Source: Pristiophorus japonicus (Eukaryota). Taken from it: a DNA stretch of 64,000 nucleotides. Position 1 is the first letter of the stretch. The number at the start of each line of letters is the position of its first letter. Shown in pieces: positions 23,872 through 36,430 of this stretch. Position numbers and translations under genes: made by a program. The notes under the pieces are model-generated. The model worked only from the letters and a program-made list of their open reading frames with translations. It was not told the origin of the DNA and did not search any database. The stretch covers positions 5,952,001 through 6,016,000 of the forward strand of contig NC_092003.1 of the NCBI RefSeq assembly GCF_044704955.1. Direction: 5' to 3'.

Positions 23872-26800
23872 AGGAGATTGCTCCAGAGTGCTGCATCAGA
23901 TGAAAGAAAAGCTTGTTTAACAATGAGGCGGCAATGTATGTCAAGGTGTTGAATGGATTCATTGAATTTTTTTTTCAGGCCCGCATTTGGCTTTGCATTT
24001 TTTTGGGGGGCATTTGGATGGGTTTCTGGCCACCGTTTGATGCAACCTGGTGTGTTTTTGTCGAGCCTGAGAATTTTCTGATTCCCTCAGTCATCAATGT
24101 CAAATCCTGCAGTACCTCGTCTGACTGCCAAATTGCTCCTCTTGTCTCGTGGAGATTTAGCACACTATCCATCACAACCAAGATGTGACCTTATGACCAA
24201 AAACAAACTGACTGGTATGTATTAAGCACTTCATTCATTGTCAAATAAATGACCGTGTTACTAAGAAGCTGTCGCTTCATTACAAAATCCGTGGTAATGT
24301 TATTATCTATTGAAAGACCAATAGTATATGTTTTCCTTTAATTTTGTGTCATTCTAATACTAAAAATGTCATACTTTGTGAATATCGAAAAAAAACCTTT
24401 GTTGCAAGTGGCCCCACTGAATGTGGTTTTCCTCTAGTCTTATTGTAAAGATGTTACATGCTGACAGTGCAGGGCAATGTTGAACAGATTATGGGTGCTC
24501 GTATGCATCATTTGCTTGCAACTAAATACATGTGATGATCAAGTATGCATGTGAATGTTCGATCTTATATGTGTAACTGTATGTGCATACATCAACCTGC
24601 AGTATGTAACAGGAGCACAGGAAGGGGATTTAAATATTATGGGTGAGAATTGAACTGCTTGCAATATGTGGAGATAGTGTAAACCCCTTCATAAAGCTGC
24701 CCTCTCCACCTTTTCGAGCAATATTATCAATGTGTTCTTTTAGAGCAGACAGGATGTAAATATTCACTGTGCTTTCCCAAGGATTGATGGGCTGGTCTGG
24801 TGGGGTCTTGTGCAGGATAGTTCCATTTGATGAATGAAGACTGCATTACAAGACTGGTGGTCATCTCACTTTCTTCTTCAGGCATTGCCTCGTGTTCAAG
24901 ATGAAACATCTAGTCAGGACAGATGTGTCAAATGATACCTCTGCCCTTGTTTGATCGGTCAAAGCCACAGTGTTTCATAAAGATATGGGTGCAGGCAGAT
25001 TCCAGCTGTTCGAAACAGTGCCATGGGATCTTTTATGTCCACTTGCGAGTTCAGACGGGACCTCGGTTTAACTAATTTTTTAGGCTAAACATCAGACAAT
25101 ATTGTTTTTGTTGTGTATCTGTAAAGCATGCACTCCCATGTTCTGCCACCAGGGAGCTCATCCCCTGAAGTCCCAAGGGATCCCAGCATCCTTTGGGAGC
25201 ACTGTATATAAGCCAGTCCCGAAGGTCTGTTCCTCACTCTGGAGTGTCTTATTAAAGACTGAGGTCACTGTTACTTTAACCTCCCTGTGTGCAGCCTCAT
25301 CTGTGTTAGGAACACAATAATTGGCGACGGGAATACGAATCCAACACAAAGATGCAGCAAACTGTGGGCATCCTGGAGAAGTTCTCGGAGGGTGAGGACT
25401 GGGAAGCCTATGTCGAACGGCTAGACCAGTACTTTGTAGCCAACGAGCTGGACAGAGAAGAAAGCGCTGCAAAAAGGAGAGCGGTCCTCCTCACAGTCTG
25501 CAGGGCACCGACCTACAGCCTCATGAAGAATCTTCTGGCTCCGGTGATACCCACAGATAAGTCGTATAAGGAGCTGTGTACACTGGTTCGGGAGCATCTT
25601 AACCTGAGGGAGAGCGTGCTGATGGCGAGGTATCGGTTCTACACGTGCCAGCGATCTGAAGGTCAGGAAGTGGCGAGCTACGTCGCCGAGCTAAAGCGAC
25701 TTGCAGGATAATGTGAGGAGTTTGATGGCTACCTGGAGCAAATGCTCAGAGACTTTTCTAGACTGGGCATTGGCCACGAGACCATCCTACGAAAACTTTT
25801 GACTGTAGAGACACCGACCCTCAGTAAGGCCATTGCGATAGCACAGATGTTTATGTTCACCAGTGATAACACCAAACAAATCTCTCAGCACACAAGTGCT
25901 AGCAATGTTCATAAATTAACTGGAACTGTGTTTGCGAGCAGAAATGTACAGGGCACAACCCACGAGTCTGCAACTGTCAGCAGGCCTCAGGTAACCCAGA
26001 TGACTCAGTGTCCCCAACAAAGGATGAATGCAAGGCAATTCACACCTTATTGGCGTTGTGGAGGCTTCCATTCAGCCTATTCATGCCGCTTCAAAGGGAT
26101 GGGGCACCTCCAACGAGCTTGCAAACGAGCTGTAAGCTCTGCAAAACCTGCTAACCACCACGTGGCAAAGGAAGATCAGTCCATGGTGGATCAAAGCAAA
26201 TTTGAGCCTTAGAGAGAAGAGATAGATGCTGAAGTATACGGGGTGCACACATTTTTGACGAAATGTCCACCTATAATGCTAAACGTAAAATTGAATGGCT
26301 TACCCATAGCCATGGAACTGGACACTGGCGCTAGCAAATCCATCATGAGTAAAAAGATGTTTGAAAGACTGTGGTGCAACAAGGCATTCAGACTAGCCCT
26401 GAGCCCCATCCACACGAAACTGAGAACGTACACCAAAGAGCTTATCACTGTCCTGGGCAGCACCATGGTCAAGGTCACCTACGAGGGCACGGTGCATGAA
26501 CTGCCACTCTGGATTGTCCTGGGCGATGGCTCCACACTGCTTGGAAGCAGCTGGCTGGGCAAAATCCACTGGAACTGGGATGACCTCCGAGCGCTATTAC
26601 ATGTCGATGACGCCTCATGTACCCAGGTTCTTAACAAATTTCCTTCCCTTTTTGAGTCAGGCGTTGGAAACTTTTCCGGGGCGAAGGTGCGGATCCACTT
26701 GGTCCCAGAGGCACGACCCATTCACCACAAGGCTCGAGCGGTACCTCGCATGATGAGGGAGAGTGGAAATCGAGCTGGACAGGCTGCAACACGAGGGCAT

Positions 26801-29141
26801 CATCTCCCCAGTGGAATTCCGTGAGTGGGCCAGCCCGATTGTTCCAGTACTCAAAAGTGATGGCATGGTCAGGATTTGCGGCAATTATAAAGTAACTATT
26901 AATCGTTTCTCGCTATAGGACCAATACCTGCTACCTAAGGCAGATTACCTATTTGCGACGCTGGCAGGAGGCAAGATGTTCACCAAGCTCGACCTGACTT
27001 CGGCCTACATGATGCAGGAGCTGGAGGAGTCTTTGAAGGGCCTCACCTGCATCAACACGCACCAAGGACTGTTCATCGACAACAGATGTCCGTTTGGAAT
27101 TCGGTCGGCTGCAGCGATCTTCCAGAGAAACATGGAGAGCCTACTCAAGTCGGTACTACACATGGTGGTTTTTCAGGACGACATATTGGTCATGGGTCGG
27201 GACACCGTCGAGCACCTAAAACCCTAGAGGACATCCTCCAGAGACTGGATCGCGTAGGGCTGCGGCTGAAGAGGCCGAAATGCATCTTCATGGCAACAGA
27301 AGTGGAGTTTTTGGGGAGAAAGATTGCGGCAGATGGCATTCGGCCCACAGACGCCAAGACAGAGGCTATCAAGAACGTGCCCAGGCCACAGAACATCATG
27401 GAGCTGCGGTCGTTCCTGGGATTCCTCAACTATTTTGGTAACTTCCTACCAGGGTTAAGCACCCTTTTCGAGCCCCTACGTGTGTTATTGGGCAAAGGGT
27501 ATGGGGAAAAAAACAAGTAATTGTTTTTGAGAAAGCCAGAAACATTTTATGCTCCAACAAGCTGCTTGTATTGTATAATCCGTGTAAAAGACTTGTGCTA
27601 GCATGTGACATGTCGTCGTACGGAGTCGGGTGTGTATTACAACAAGCTAACATTGCGGGCAAGTTGCAACCTGTCGCCTATGCTTCCAGGAGCTTGTCTA
27701 AGACCGAGAGGGCTTACAGCATGATTGAGAAAGAGGCATTAGCGTATGTGTTCGAGGTAAAGAAAATGCATCAATACCTGTTTGGCCTCAAATTTGAGCT
27801 GGAAACCGATCACAAGCCCCTCACATCCTTGTTTGCTGAAAACAAGGGGATAAATACTAATGCTTCAGTCCGCATACAAAGGTGGGCACTCGCGCTATCA
27901 GCGTATAACTATACCATCCACCACAGACCAGGCACCGAGAACTGTGCTGATGCTCTCAGTCGGCTACCATTTCCCACCACGGGGGTGGAAATGGCGCAGC
28001 CTGCAAACTTGTTGATGGTGGCACAGCCCGCAGATTTGTTGATGGTCATGGAAGCGTTTGAAAATGATAAATCACCTGTCACGGCCCGCCAGATTAGGAT
28101 TTGGACCAGCTAAGATCCTCTGCTGTCCCTAGTAAAAAATTGTGTACTGCATGGGAGCTGGGCCAGCATCCCCATTGAAATGCAAGAGCCAATCAAGCCG
28201 TTCCAGCGGCGAAAGGACGAGCTGTCCATTCAGGCAGACTGCCTGTTGTGGGGTAACCGCGTAGTGCTACCCAAAAAGGGCAGGGAGACGTTCATCTCGG
28301 ATTTCCACAGCACACACCCGGGTATAGTAATGATGAAAGCGATAGCCAGATCCCACGTGTGGTGGCCCGGTATCGACTCTGACTTAGAGAGTCCTGTGTA
28401 CGGCAATGCAGCGTGTGTGCTCAGTTGAGCAACGCACCCAGAGAGGCACCACTAAGTTTGTGGTCCTGGCCCTCCAAACCAAGCTCAAGGATCCATCTCG
28501 GTAAAATGTTCCTGGTGGTGGTGGATGCTTTTTCAAAATGGATTGAATGTGAAATCATGTCGGGAAGCACCGCCACCGCCACCATTGAAAGCCTGAGGGC
28601 CATGTTTGCCACCCACGGCCTGCTTGACATACTGGTCAGTGACAACGGGCCATGTTTCACCAGTGCCGAATTTAAAGAATTCATGACCCGCAATGGGATC
28701 AAACATGTCACCTCGGCCCCGTTTAAACCAGCCTCCAATGGGCAGACAAAGCGGGCAGTACAAACCATCAAACAGAGCCTTAAACGAGTCACAGAAGGCT
28801 CACTCCAAACCCACCTGTCCCGAGTACTGCTCAGCTACACGAGACGCCACTCGCTCAAAGGGGTGCCCCCGGCTGAGCTACTCATGAAAAGGACACTTAA
28901 AATCAGACTCTCGCTGGTTCACCCCAACTTGCATGATCAGGTAGAGAGCAGGCGGAAGCAACAAAATGTAAATGATGGTCGCGCCACTGCATCACGTGAA
29001 ATTGATCTGAATGATGCTAAACTATGTGCTAAACTATGGACATGGTCCCAAGTGAATCGCAGGCACGGTGATAGCTAAAGAAGGAAATAAGGTGTTTGTA
29101 GTCAAACTAGACAATGGACAAATTTGCAGAAAGCACCTGGA

Positions 29142-30576
29142 TTCATGAAGGGGAAATCATGTTTAACTAATTTACTGGAATTCTTTCAGGATATAACGAG
29201 CATGGTGGATAGAGGTGTACCGATGGATGTGGTGTATTTAGATTTTCAAAAGGCATTCGATAAGGTGCCACACAAAAGGTTACTGCAGAAGATAAGGGTA
29301 CGCGGAGTCAGAGGAAATGTATTAGCATGGATAGAGAATTGGCTGGCGAACAGAAAGCAAAGAGTCGGGATAAATGGGTCCTTTTCGGGTTGGAAATCGG
29401 TGGTTAGTGGTGTGCCACAGGGATCGGTGCTGGGACCACAACTGTTTACAATATACATAGATGACCTGGAAGAGGGGACAGAGTGTAGTGTAACAAAATT
29501 TGCAGATGACACAAAGATTAGTGGGAAAGCGGGTTGTGTAGAGGACACAGAGAGGCTGCAAAGAGATTTAGATAGGTTAAGCGAATGGGCTAAGGTTTGG
29601 CAGATGGAATACAATGTCGGAAAGTGTGAGGTCATCCACCTTGGGAAAAAAAACAGTAAAAGGGAATATTATTTGAATGGGGTGAAATTACAACATGCTG
29701 CGGTGCAGAGGGACCTGGGGGTCCTTGTGCATGAAACTCTTTTTGGATAAGACTTTTAATATCAAGCTCATATTTTATGAGTGTGCTCTATCAGCCAAAG
29801 CTATTTTAGAGATGTATCCTTGTCAAGGCTGGGATTAGTTGCAGTGCACGTGTTGGCTGCAACCACATTAAAAGTTGCCTTTAGCAGAGGATGGTTCCCA
29901 AAAAGTTAGTTTGCAGGTGCAGCAGGTAATCAGGAATGGAATGTTGGCCTTCATTATGAGAGGGATGGAGTACAAAAGCAGGGAGGTCCTGCTGCAACTG
30001 TATAGGGTATTGGTGAGGCTGCACTTGGAGTACTGCGTGCAATTTTGGTCACCTTACTTAAGGAAGAATATACTAGCTTTGGAGGGGGTACAGAGACGAT
30101 TCACGAGGCTGATTCTGGAGATGAGGGGGTTACCTTATGATGATATATTGAGTAGACTGGGTCTTTACTCGTTGGAGTTCAGAAGGATGAGGGGGGATCT
30201 TATAGAAACATTTAAAATAATGAAAGGGATAGACAAGATAGAGGCAGAGGGGTTGTTTCCACTGGTCAGGGAGACTAGAACTAGGGGGCACAGCCTCAAA
30301 ATACGGGGGAGCCAATTTAAAACCGAGTTGAGAAGGAATTTCTTCTCCCAGAGGGTTGTGAATCTGTGGAATTCTCTGCCCAAGGAAGCAGTTGAGGCTA
30401 GCTCATTGAATGTATTCAAGTCACAGATAGATAGATTTTTAACCAATAAGGGTTACGGGGAGCGGGCGGGTAAGTGGAGCGGAGTCCGCGGCCAGATCAG
30501 CCATGATCTTGCTGAATGGCGGAGCAGGCTCAAGGGGCTAGATGGCCTACTCCTGTTCTTAATTCTTATGTTCTTA
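29142..30576 (+). mobile_element. CR1 nested in the Gypsy integrase tail
   Basis: Splits the Gypsy RKHL/DQTR sequence; TGGA at both junctions; RT motifs in ORFs 29124-29750 and 29875-30864. Confidence 0.92.
29736..29895 (-). other. 160-bp insert: tRNA-iMet gene 3' end plus downstream trailer
   Basis: Splits the CR1 codons CAT GAA|TCC CAA; the minus strand reads AACCATCCTCTGCTA (initiator tRNA-Met 3' end, no CCA) then AAGGCAAC-TTTT. Confidence 0.6.
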
Positions 30577-31614
30577 TGGACCAAACGAGACTGCGGTTTA
30601 CAGACTGCCCTGAGCAACCCACAGCAGAAACCACCTTTTTCGATCCCACAACACACATCCAAAGGATCAACGACACCACGTTGGACCAGGAAATCGAACC
30701 CATCACGCCCAACAGCCCAGCAAGACGAGGCTCACCAAGCAGCCCTGCAGGGCCAACAACATGCCAGCCCAGCGAGGGCACAGCCAACACACCAGAACAG
30801 ACATTTGTACCGAGGCGGTCCACCAGGGAAAGAAAGGCTCCCGACCGCCTCACCTTGTCGATAGTTTTCACTTTGACTTTGGGCGGGGGAGTGATGTTGT
30901 GTATCTGTAAAGCATGCACTCCCATGTTCCACCACCAGGGAGCTCATCCCCTGACGTCCCAAGGGATCCCAGCATTCCTTGGGAGCACTGTATATAAGCC
31001 GGCCCCTAAGGCCTGTTCCTCACTCTGGAGTGTCTTATTAAAGACTGAGGTCACTGTTACTTTAACCTCCATGTGTGCAGCCTCATAATAGTTTTCTTAC
31101 CAGATTTTTAGGCTGCAACATCATGGCCCGGACCCCACGAATTGGACAAGGCAAGGCCGCGACCGGTAAGTCGGCCATTTTGAAAAAAAGTGTGCGCCGC
31201 GCCTCCCCTTTAATTTTTGCCCCTGCGAGCGGAGTGAGACCCAGTTTGTGTCCTGCGAAGCTGGCGTGGGCATTGCCCACGGCGGTCTCACGGGGAGCTG
31301 CTGAATTTTTGCTCTGGGGCGAAAACGGGTCGCTGCGCACGGCGATAACATTTTCATCGCCAGCGCAACGGCCCGAGGCGCTACCGACAGGCACGACCGG
31401 TGTGCGCCTCTGATAAGCCCTGGGCAAAGAGTTGTTTGTACCCCCTGAATTTTTCCCCCATTTATTTTTTTTAAAAAGATCAAAATTGCTTTTGCGATTG
31501 CGAGAGCAACCAAAGAAAATCTATGGTGCAGTCCTGTGGCTACAGCACCATTGCCCAATTTCGATAACTTTGGACAGGAAGTTAATTCAGAGTAACATAT
31601 CGTCCACAATGGAA

Positions 31615-32190
31615 TACAGCTCCCTCAGTACTGCCCCTCCGACAGTGCAGCACTCCCTCAGTACCACCCCTCCAACAGTGCGGCACTCCCTCAGTACTGC
31701 CCCTCCGACAATGCGGCGCTCTCTCAGTACTGCCCCTCCGACAGTGTGGCGCTCTCTCAGTACTGCCCCTCCGACAGTGCAGCACTCTCTCAGTATTGCC
31801 CCTCCGACAGTGCGGCACTGCCTCAGTACTGCCCCTCCGACAGTGCGGCGCTCTCTCAGTACTGCCCCTCCGACAGTGCAGCGCTCCCTCAGTACTTTCC
31901 CTCCGACAGTGCAGCGCTGCCTCAGAACTGCCCCCCCGACAGTGAGGCACTCCCTCAGTACTGCCCCTCCGACAGTGCGGCACTCCCTCAGTACTTTCCC
32001 TCCGACAGTGCAGTGCTGCCTCAGAACTGCCCCTCCGACAGTGAGGCACTCCCTCAGTACTGTCCCTCCAACAGTGCAGCGCTCCCTCAGTACTGTCCCT
32101 CCGACAGTGCGGCGCTCCATCAGCACTGCACTGGAGTGTCGGCCTAGATTTTTTTTCACACAAGTCCTGAAATGGGACTTGAACCCACAA
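31615..32190 (-). repeat. DeuSINE-derived 33-bp minisatellite (about 15 units)
   Basis: Tandem CTCCCTCAGTACTGCCCCTCCGACAGTGCGGCA units followed by a SINE head remnant. Confidence 0.9.
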
Positions 32191-32778
32191 CCTTCACACA
32201 AAGGGCTGTAATAATATTTGCTCATCTACAAAATCTAATTTGCATTAATAACCGTTCTAAAAGGTCTGTGCAAGGTTAAAAGTGTAATAGGACCACTGGA
32301 GATATTCTTCAGCTTGTTGTTTTAGCTCATTAACCTAATGAATACTGAAAGGTATGTTTAACACCAAATTAATCGACTGCAACATATGTTACCTCCCTGT
32401 ATAACACATAATTTCTCAGTAAAACCCTCTGTCCTTGCCATCCGGTTAACAAATTCTGCACTTAGCATTTTTCTCATGCTATTCCCAAGTGCATTGGTCT
32501 CAAAATATACTGCAGTTTATACAATGAAATTATACCTCTGCTGCATTCAGGATTAGAAGGGACTGACTAAATTGATCCAGGCAAATCATTCACAATGGTG
32601 AAGGGCTCAAATCAAGTTAAAATTCAGAAGGGAAATCAGACTGGACCTTTTCACCCAAAGGGTAATAGAGTTTTGGACAAGTCACCAAGAAAGGTGACCG
32701 GCATAAACTCAATGGGCCGAATGGCCTGCTTCTGTGCCGTAACGACTCTATGTAATGGCTCTAAAGGAAACCGAAGTA

Positions 32779-33016
32779 AAGAAAGATTTGCATTTATATA
32801 GCGTCTTTCACGACCACCGGATGTTCCAAAGCGCTTTACAGCCAATTAAGTTTTTTTTTAAAGTGTGGTCACTGTTGTAATGTGGAAAACTCGGCAGACA
32901 ATTTGCACACAGCAAGCTCCCACAAACAACAATGTAATAATGACCACATCATCTGTTTTTGTTATGTTGATTGAGGGATAAATATTGGACCCAAGACACT
33001 GGGGATAACTCCCCTG
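32779..33016 (-). mobile_element. DeuSINE 3' half, cut by a CR1 5' end
   Basis: SINE tail and body up to GATAACTCCCCTGC, then an abrupt switch to the CR1 5' UTR. Confidence 0.75.
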
Positions 33017-35503
33017 CGTCGAGGAGGCCAACAGTCGGGAGTCGGGGAGTTCGAGGTGCGTCAAGGAGGCGGGAGTTCAAGCAGCCAGTGGCCTATAAAG
33101 GCCAGCAGTCGGGAGTCAGGGAGTTCGAGCAGCCAGCGGCCTATAAAGGCCAGCAGTCGGGAGTCAGGGAGTTCGAGCAGCCAGCGGCCAAAAAGGCCAG
33201 CAGTCGGGAGTCAGGGAGTTCGAGCAGCCAGCGGCCTATAAAGGCCAGCAGTCGGGAGTCAGGGAGTTCGAGCAGCCAGCAGCCTATAAAGGCCCAGCCA
33301 GTGCAGCTGCAGCAGGGTGAGAAGGCAAAAAAGTAGAAAAAAATCGAAAGGTGACGTCACAGCTAAGGGGGTAAGTGATTGGCTGGTGATTGATAAGTAG
33401 TTTTTCTTTTTCTTTATCAGTAAGTAACCTTTAGCATTGCTGTTGCCAAATTAAGTTTATCTAAGGGTTAAGTCATGGCAGGAGAGCTCGGACACGTGTT
33501 ATGCTCCTCCTGTACTATGTGGGAAGTCAGGGACACTTCCAGAGTCCCTGACGACTACGTGTGCGCGAAGTGCATCCGCCTGCAGCTCCTGGCGGACCAC
33601 AATGCGACACTGGAGCTGCGGGTGGATAAACTCTGGAGCATCCACAATGCTGAGAATGACGTGAATAGCACGTTTAGTGAGTTGGTCTTACCACAGATAA
33701 AGGGTACACAGCCAGATAGGGAATGAGTGACCAACAGGAAGAGCACTGCAAGGAAGGTAGTGCAAGGGTCCCCTGCGGTCATCCCCCTGCAAAATAGATA
33801 CACCGCTTTGGGTACTGTTGGGGGAGGGGATGACTCATCAGGGGAGAGCAGCAGCAGCCAAGTTCATGGCACCGTGGGTGGCTCTGCTGCACAGGAGGGC
33901 AGGAAAAAGAGTGGGAGAGCTATAGTGATAGGGGATTCAATTGTGAGGGGAATTGATAGGTGTTTCTGCGGCTGCAACCGAGACTCCAGGATGGTATGTT
34001 GCCTCCCTGGTGCAAGGGTCAAGGATGTCTTGGAGCGGGTGCAGGGCATTCTGAAAAGGCAGGGTGAACAGCCAATTGTCGTGGTGCATATAGGTACCAA
34101 CGATATAGGTAAAAAACGGGATCAGGTCCTACAAGACGAATTTAGGGAGCTAGGAGCTAAATTAAAAAGTAGGACCTCAAAAGTAGTAATCTCAGGATTG
34201 CTACCAGTGCCACGTGCTAGTCAGAGTAGGAATCGCAGGAGAGCTCAGATGAATACGTGGCTTCAGGAGCGGTGCAGAAGGGAGGGATTCAAATTCCTGG
34301 GACATTGGAACCGGTTCTGGGGGAGGTGGGACCAGTACAAACCAGGCGGTCTGCACCTGGGCAGGACCAGAAGCAATGTCCTAGGGGGAGTGTTTGCTAG
34401 TGCTGTTGGGGAGGAGTTAAACTAATATGGCAGGGGGATGGGAACCAATGCAGGGAGACAGAGGGAAGTGGAATGGGGGCAGAAACAAAAGATAGAAAGA
34501 AGAAAAGTAAAAGTGGAGGGCAGAGAAACCTAAGGCAAAAAGCAAAAAGGGCCACATTACAGCAAAATTCTAAACGGGCAAAGTGTGTTAGAAAGACAAG
34601 CCTGAAGGCTCTGTGCATCAATACGAGGAGTATTCGGAATAAGGTGGATGAATTAACTGCGCAGATAGCAGTTAACGGATATGATGTAATTGGCATCACG
34701 GAGACATGGCTCCAGGGTGACCAAGGCTGGGAACTCAACATCCAGGGGTATTCAACATTTAGCAAGGATAGATAGAAAGGAAAAGGAAGCGGGTTGGCAT
34801 TGCTGGTTAAAGAGGAAATTAACGCAATAGTAAGAAAGGACATTAGCTTGGATGATGTGGAATCGGTATGGGTGGCGCTATGGAATACCAAAGGGCAGAA
34901 AACGCTAGTGGGAGTTGTGTACAGACCACCAAACAGTAGTAGTGAGGTTGGGGACAGCATCAAACAAGAAATTAGGGATGCATGCAATAAAGGTACAGCA
35001 GTTATCATGGGTGACTTTAATCTACATATTGATCTACAAACTGGTAGCAATGCGGTGGAGGAGGATTTCCTGGAGTGTATTAGGGATGGTTTTCTAGACC
35101 AATATGTCGAGGAACCAACTAAGGAGCTGGCCATCCTAGACTGGGTGATGTGTAATGAGAAAGGATTAAATAGCAATCTTGTTGTGCGAGGCCCCTTGGG
35201 GAAGAGTGACCATAACATGGTAGAATTCTTTATTAAGATGGAGAGTGACACAGTTAAGGTCCTGAACTTAAGGAAAGGTAACTTCGATGGTTTGAGGCGT
35301 GAATTGGCTAGAATAAACTGGCAAATAATACTTAAAAGGGTTGACGGTGGATAGGCAATGGCAAACATTTAAAGATCATATGGATCAACTTCAGCAATTG
35401 TACATCCCTGTCTGGAGTAAAAAATAAAACGGGGAAGGTGGCTCAACCGTGGCTAACAAAGAAAATTAAGGATAGTGTTAAATCCAAAGAAGAGGCATAT
35501 AAA
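33017..35503 (+). mobile_element. CR1 5' half: 5' UTR with 48-bp tandem repeats, ORF1 (Zn finger + SGNH esterase), start of ORF2 (APE endonuclease)
   Basis: ORF1 CSSC..CAKC, GDSIVRG, HIGTND; ORF2 GITETW, VYRPP, GDFN, SDH; stops and frameshifts present. Confidence 0.92.
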
Positions 35504-36430
35504 TCGGCCCCCCGCCCCGCCGACCGAGTCCAAAAATCTATCGCTCTCAGCCTTGAATATTTTTTTTATTCGTTCTGGATTGGAGGTGTCGCTGGCAAGA
35601 CGAGCATTTACTGCCCATGAGAAGGTGGTGGTGAGTCGCCTTCTTGAACCAGTGCAGTCCTTATGGTGAGGGTGCTCCCACAGTGCTGTTAGGGAGGGAG
35701 TTCCAGGATTTTGACGATGAAGGAATGGCGATATATTTCCAAGTCAGGTTGGTGTGTAACTTAGAGGGGAGTTTGCTGATGCATGGTGTTCCCATGCGCA
35801 AGCTGCCCTTGTTCGTCTAAGTTTGGGAGGTGCTGCTGAAGAAGCCTTGGCAAGTTGCTCCAGTGCATCTTGTAGATGGTGCACACTGCAGCCACGGTGC
35901 GCCGGTGGTGGAGGGAGGGAGTGAGTGTTGCAATGATTTTTGTTAAAAAAATGTTTTAAACTGAAGACAGACTAGCTGCAGGTAGAGGTGATGAGGCATG
36001 CAGCGATATCAGGAGCCAGTATTTTTATTTATAGAATAGTTGTCATGGTTTTTACTGCAAGGACTGATTTTTATTGGTGAACTAAGGTTTCCTGCTCTCA
36101 GCATGTTGCTTGGTGATAGTGCAATTTCGAAGGACATTATTTATCATTTGCTGCATAATATTTAGTGGTGTTTAGATGAAAAACAAAACTATTTTTAGGA
36201 GCGTTATCAGACAAAATTTGACACCGGGCCACTTAAAAAGATATTAGGTGACAAAAGCTTGGTCAAAGAGGTAGGTTTTAAGGAGCGTCTTGAAGGAGAA
36301 GTCGGGAGAGGTTTTGGGAGGGAATTCCAGAGCTTCAGGCCCAGGCGGCTGGAGGCACGACCACCAATCGTGGAGCGATTAAAATCAGGGATGCACCAGA
36401 GGTGAAGAACAAAAGGTCCATGAACATTGC

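Larger units (their letters stand above)
25109..31086 (+). mobile_element. Ty3/Gypsy LTR retrotransposon, decayed, with nested CR1
   Basis: 5' LTR 25109-25319; PBS TGGCGACG at 25322 (tRNA-Ser(GCU)-like); gag 25352-26212; protease LDTGA; RT FQDD; RNase H; integrase SDNG; PPT GGGCGGGGGAG; 3' LTR 30895-31086, truncated, about 10 mismatches in 192 bp versus the 5' LTR by eye. Confidence 0.95.

Noticed and set aside
29882-29896. Alternative readings as the U4atac 5' end or an LTR primer-binding site
   Set aside because: U4atac similarity stops after about 9 nt; a PBS would begin TGG (CCA complement), which is absent
31582-32225. CRISPR-like periodic arrays and repetitive ORFs (LSTAPPTVRRS)n, also near 9.4, 16.1, 23.0 and 51.2 kb
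   Set aside because: Head-to-tail 33-bp units with no unique spacers, embedded in SINEs; the ORFs are by-products of a stop-poor repeat unit
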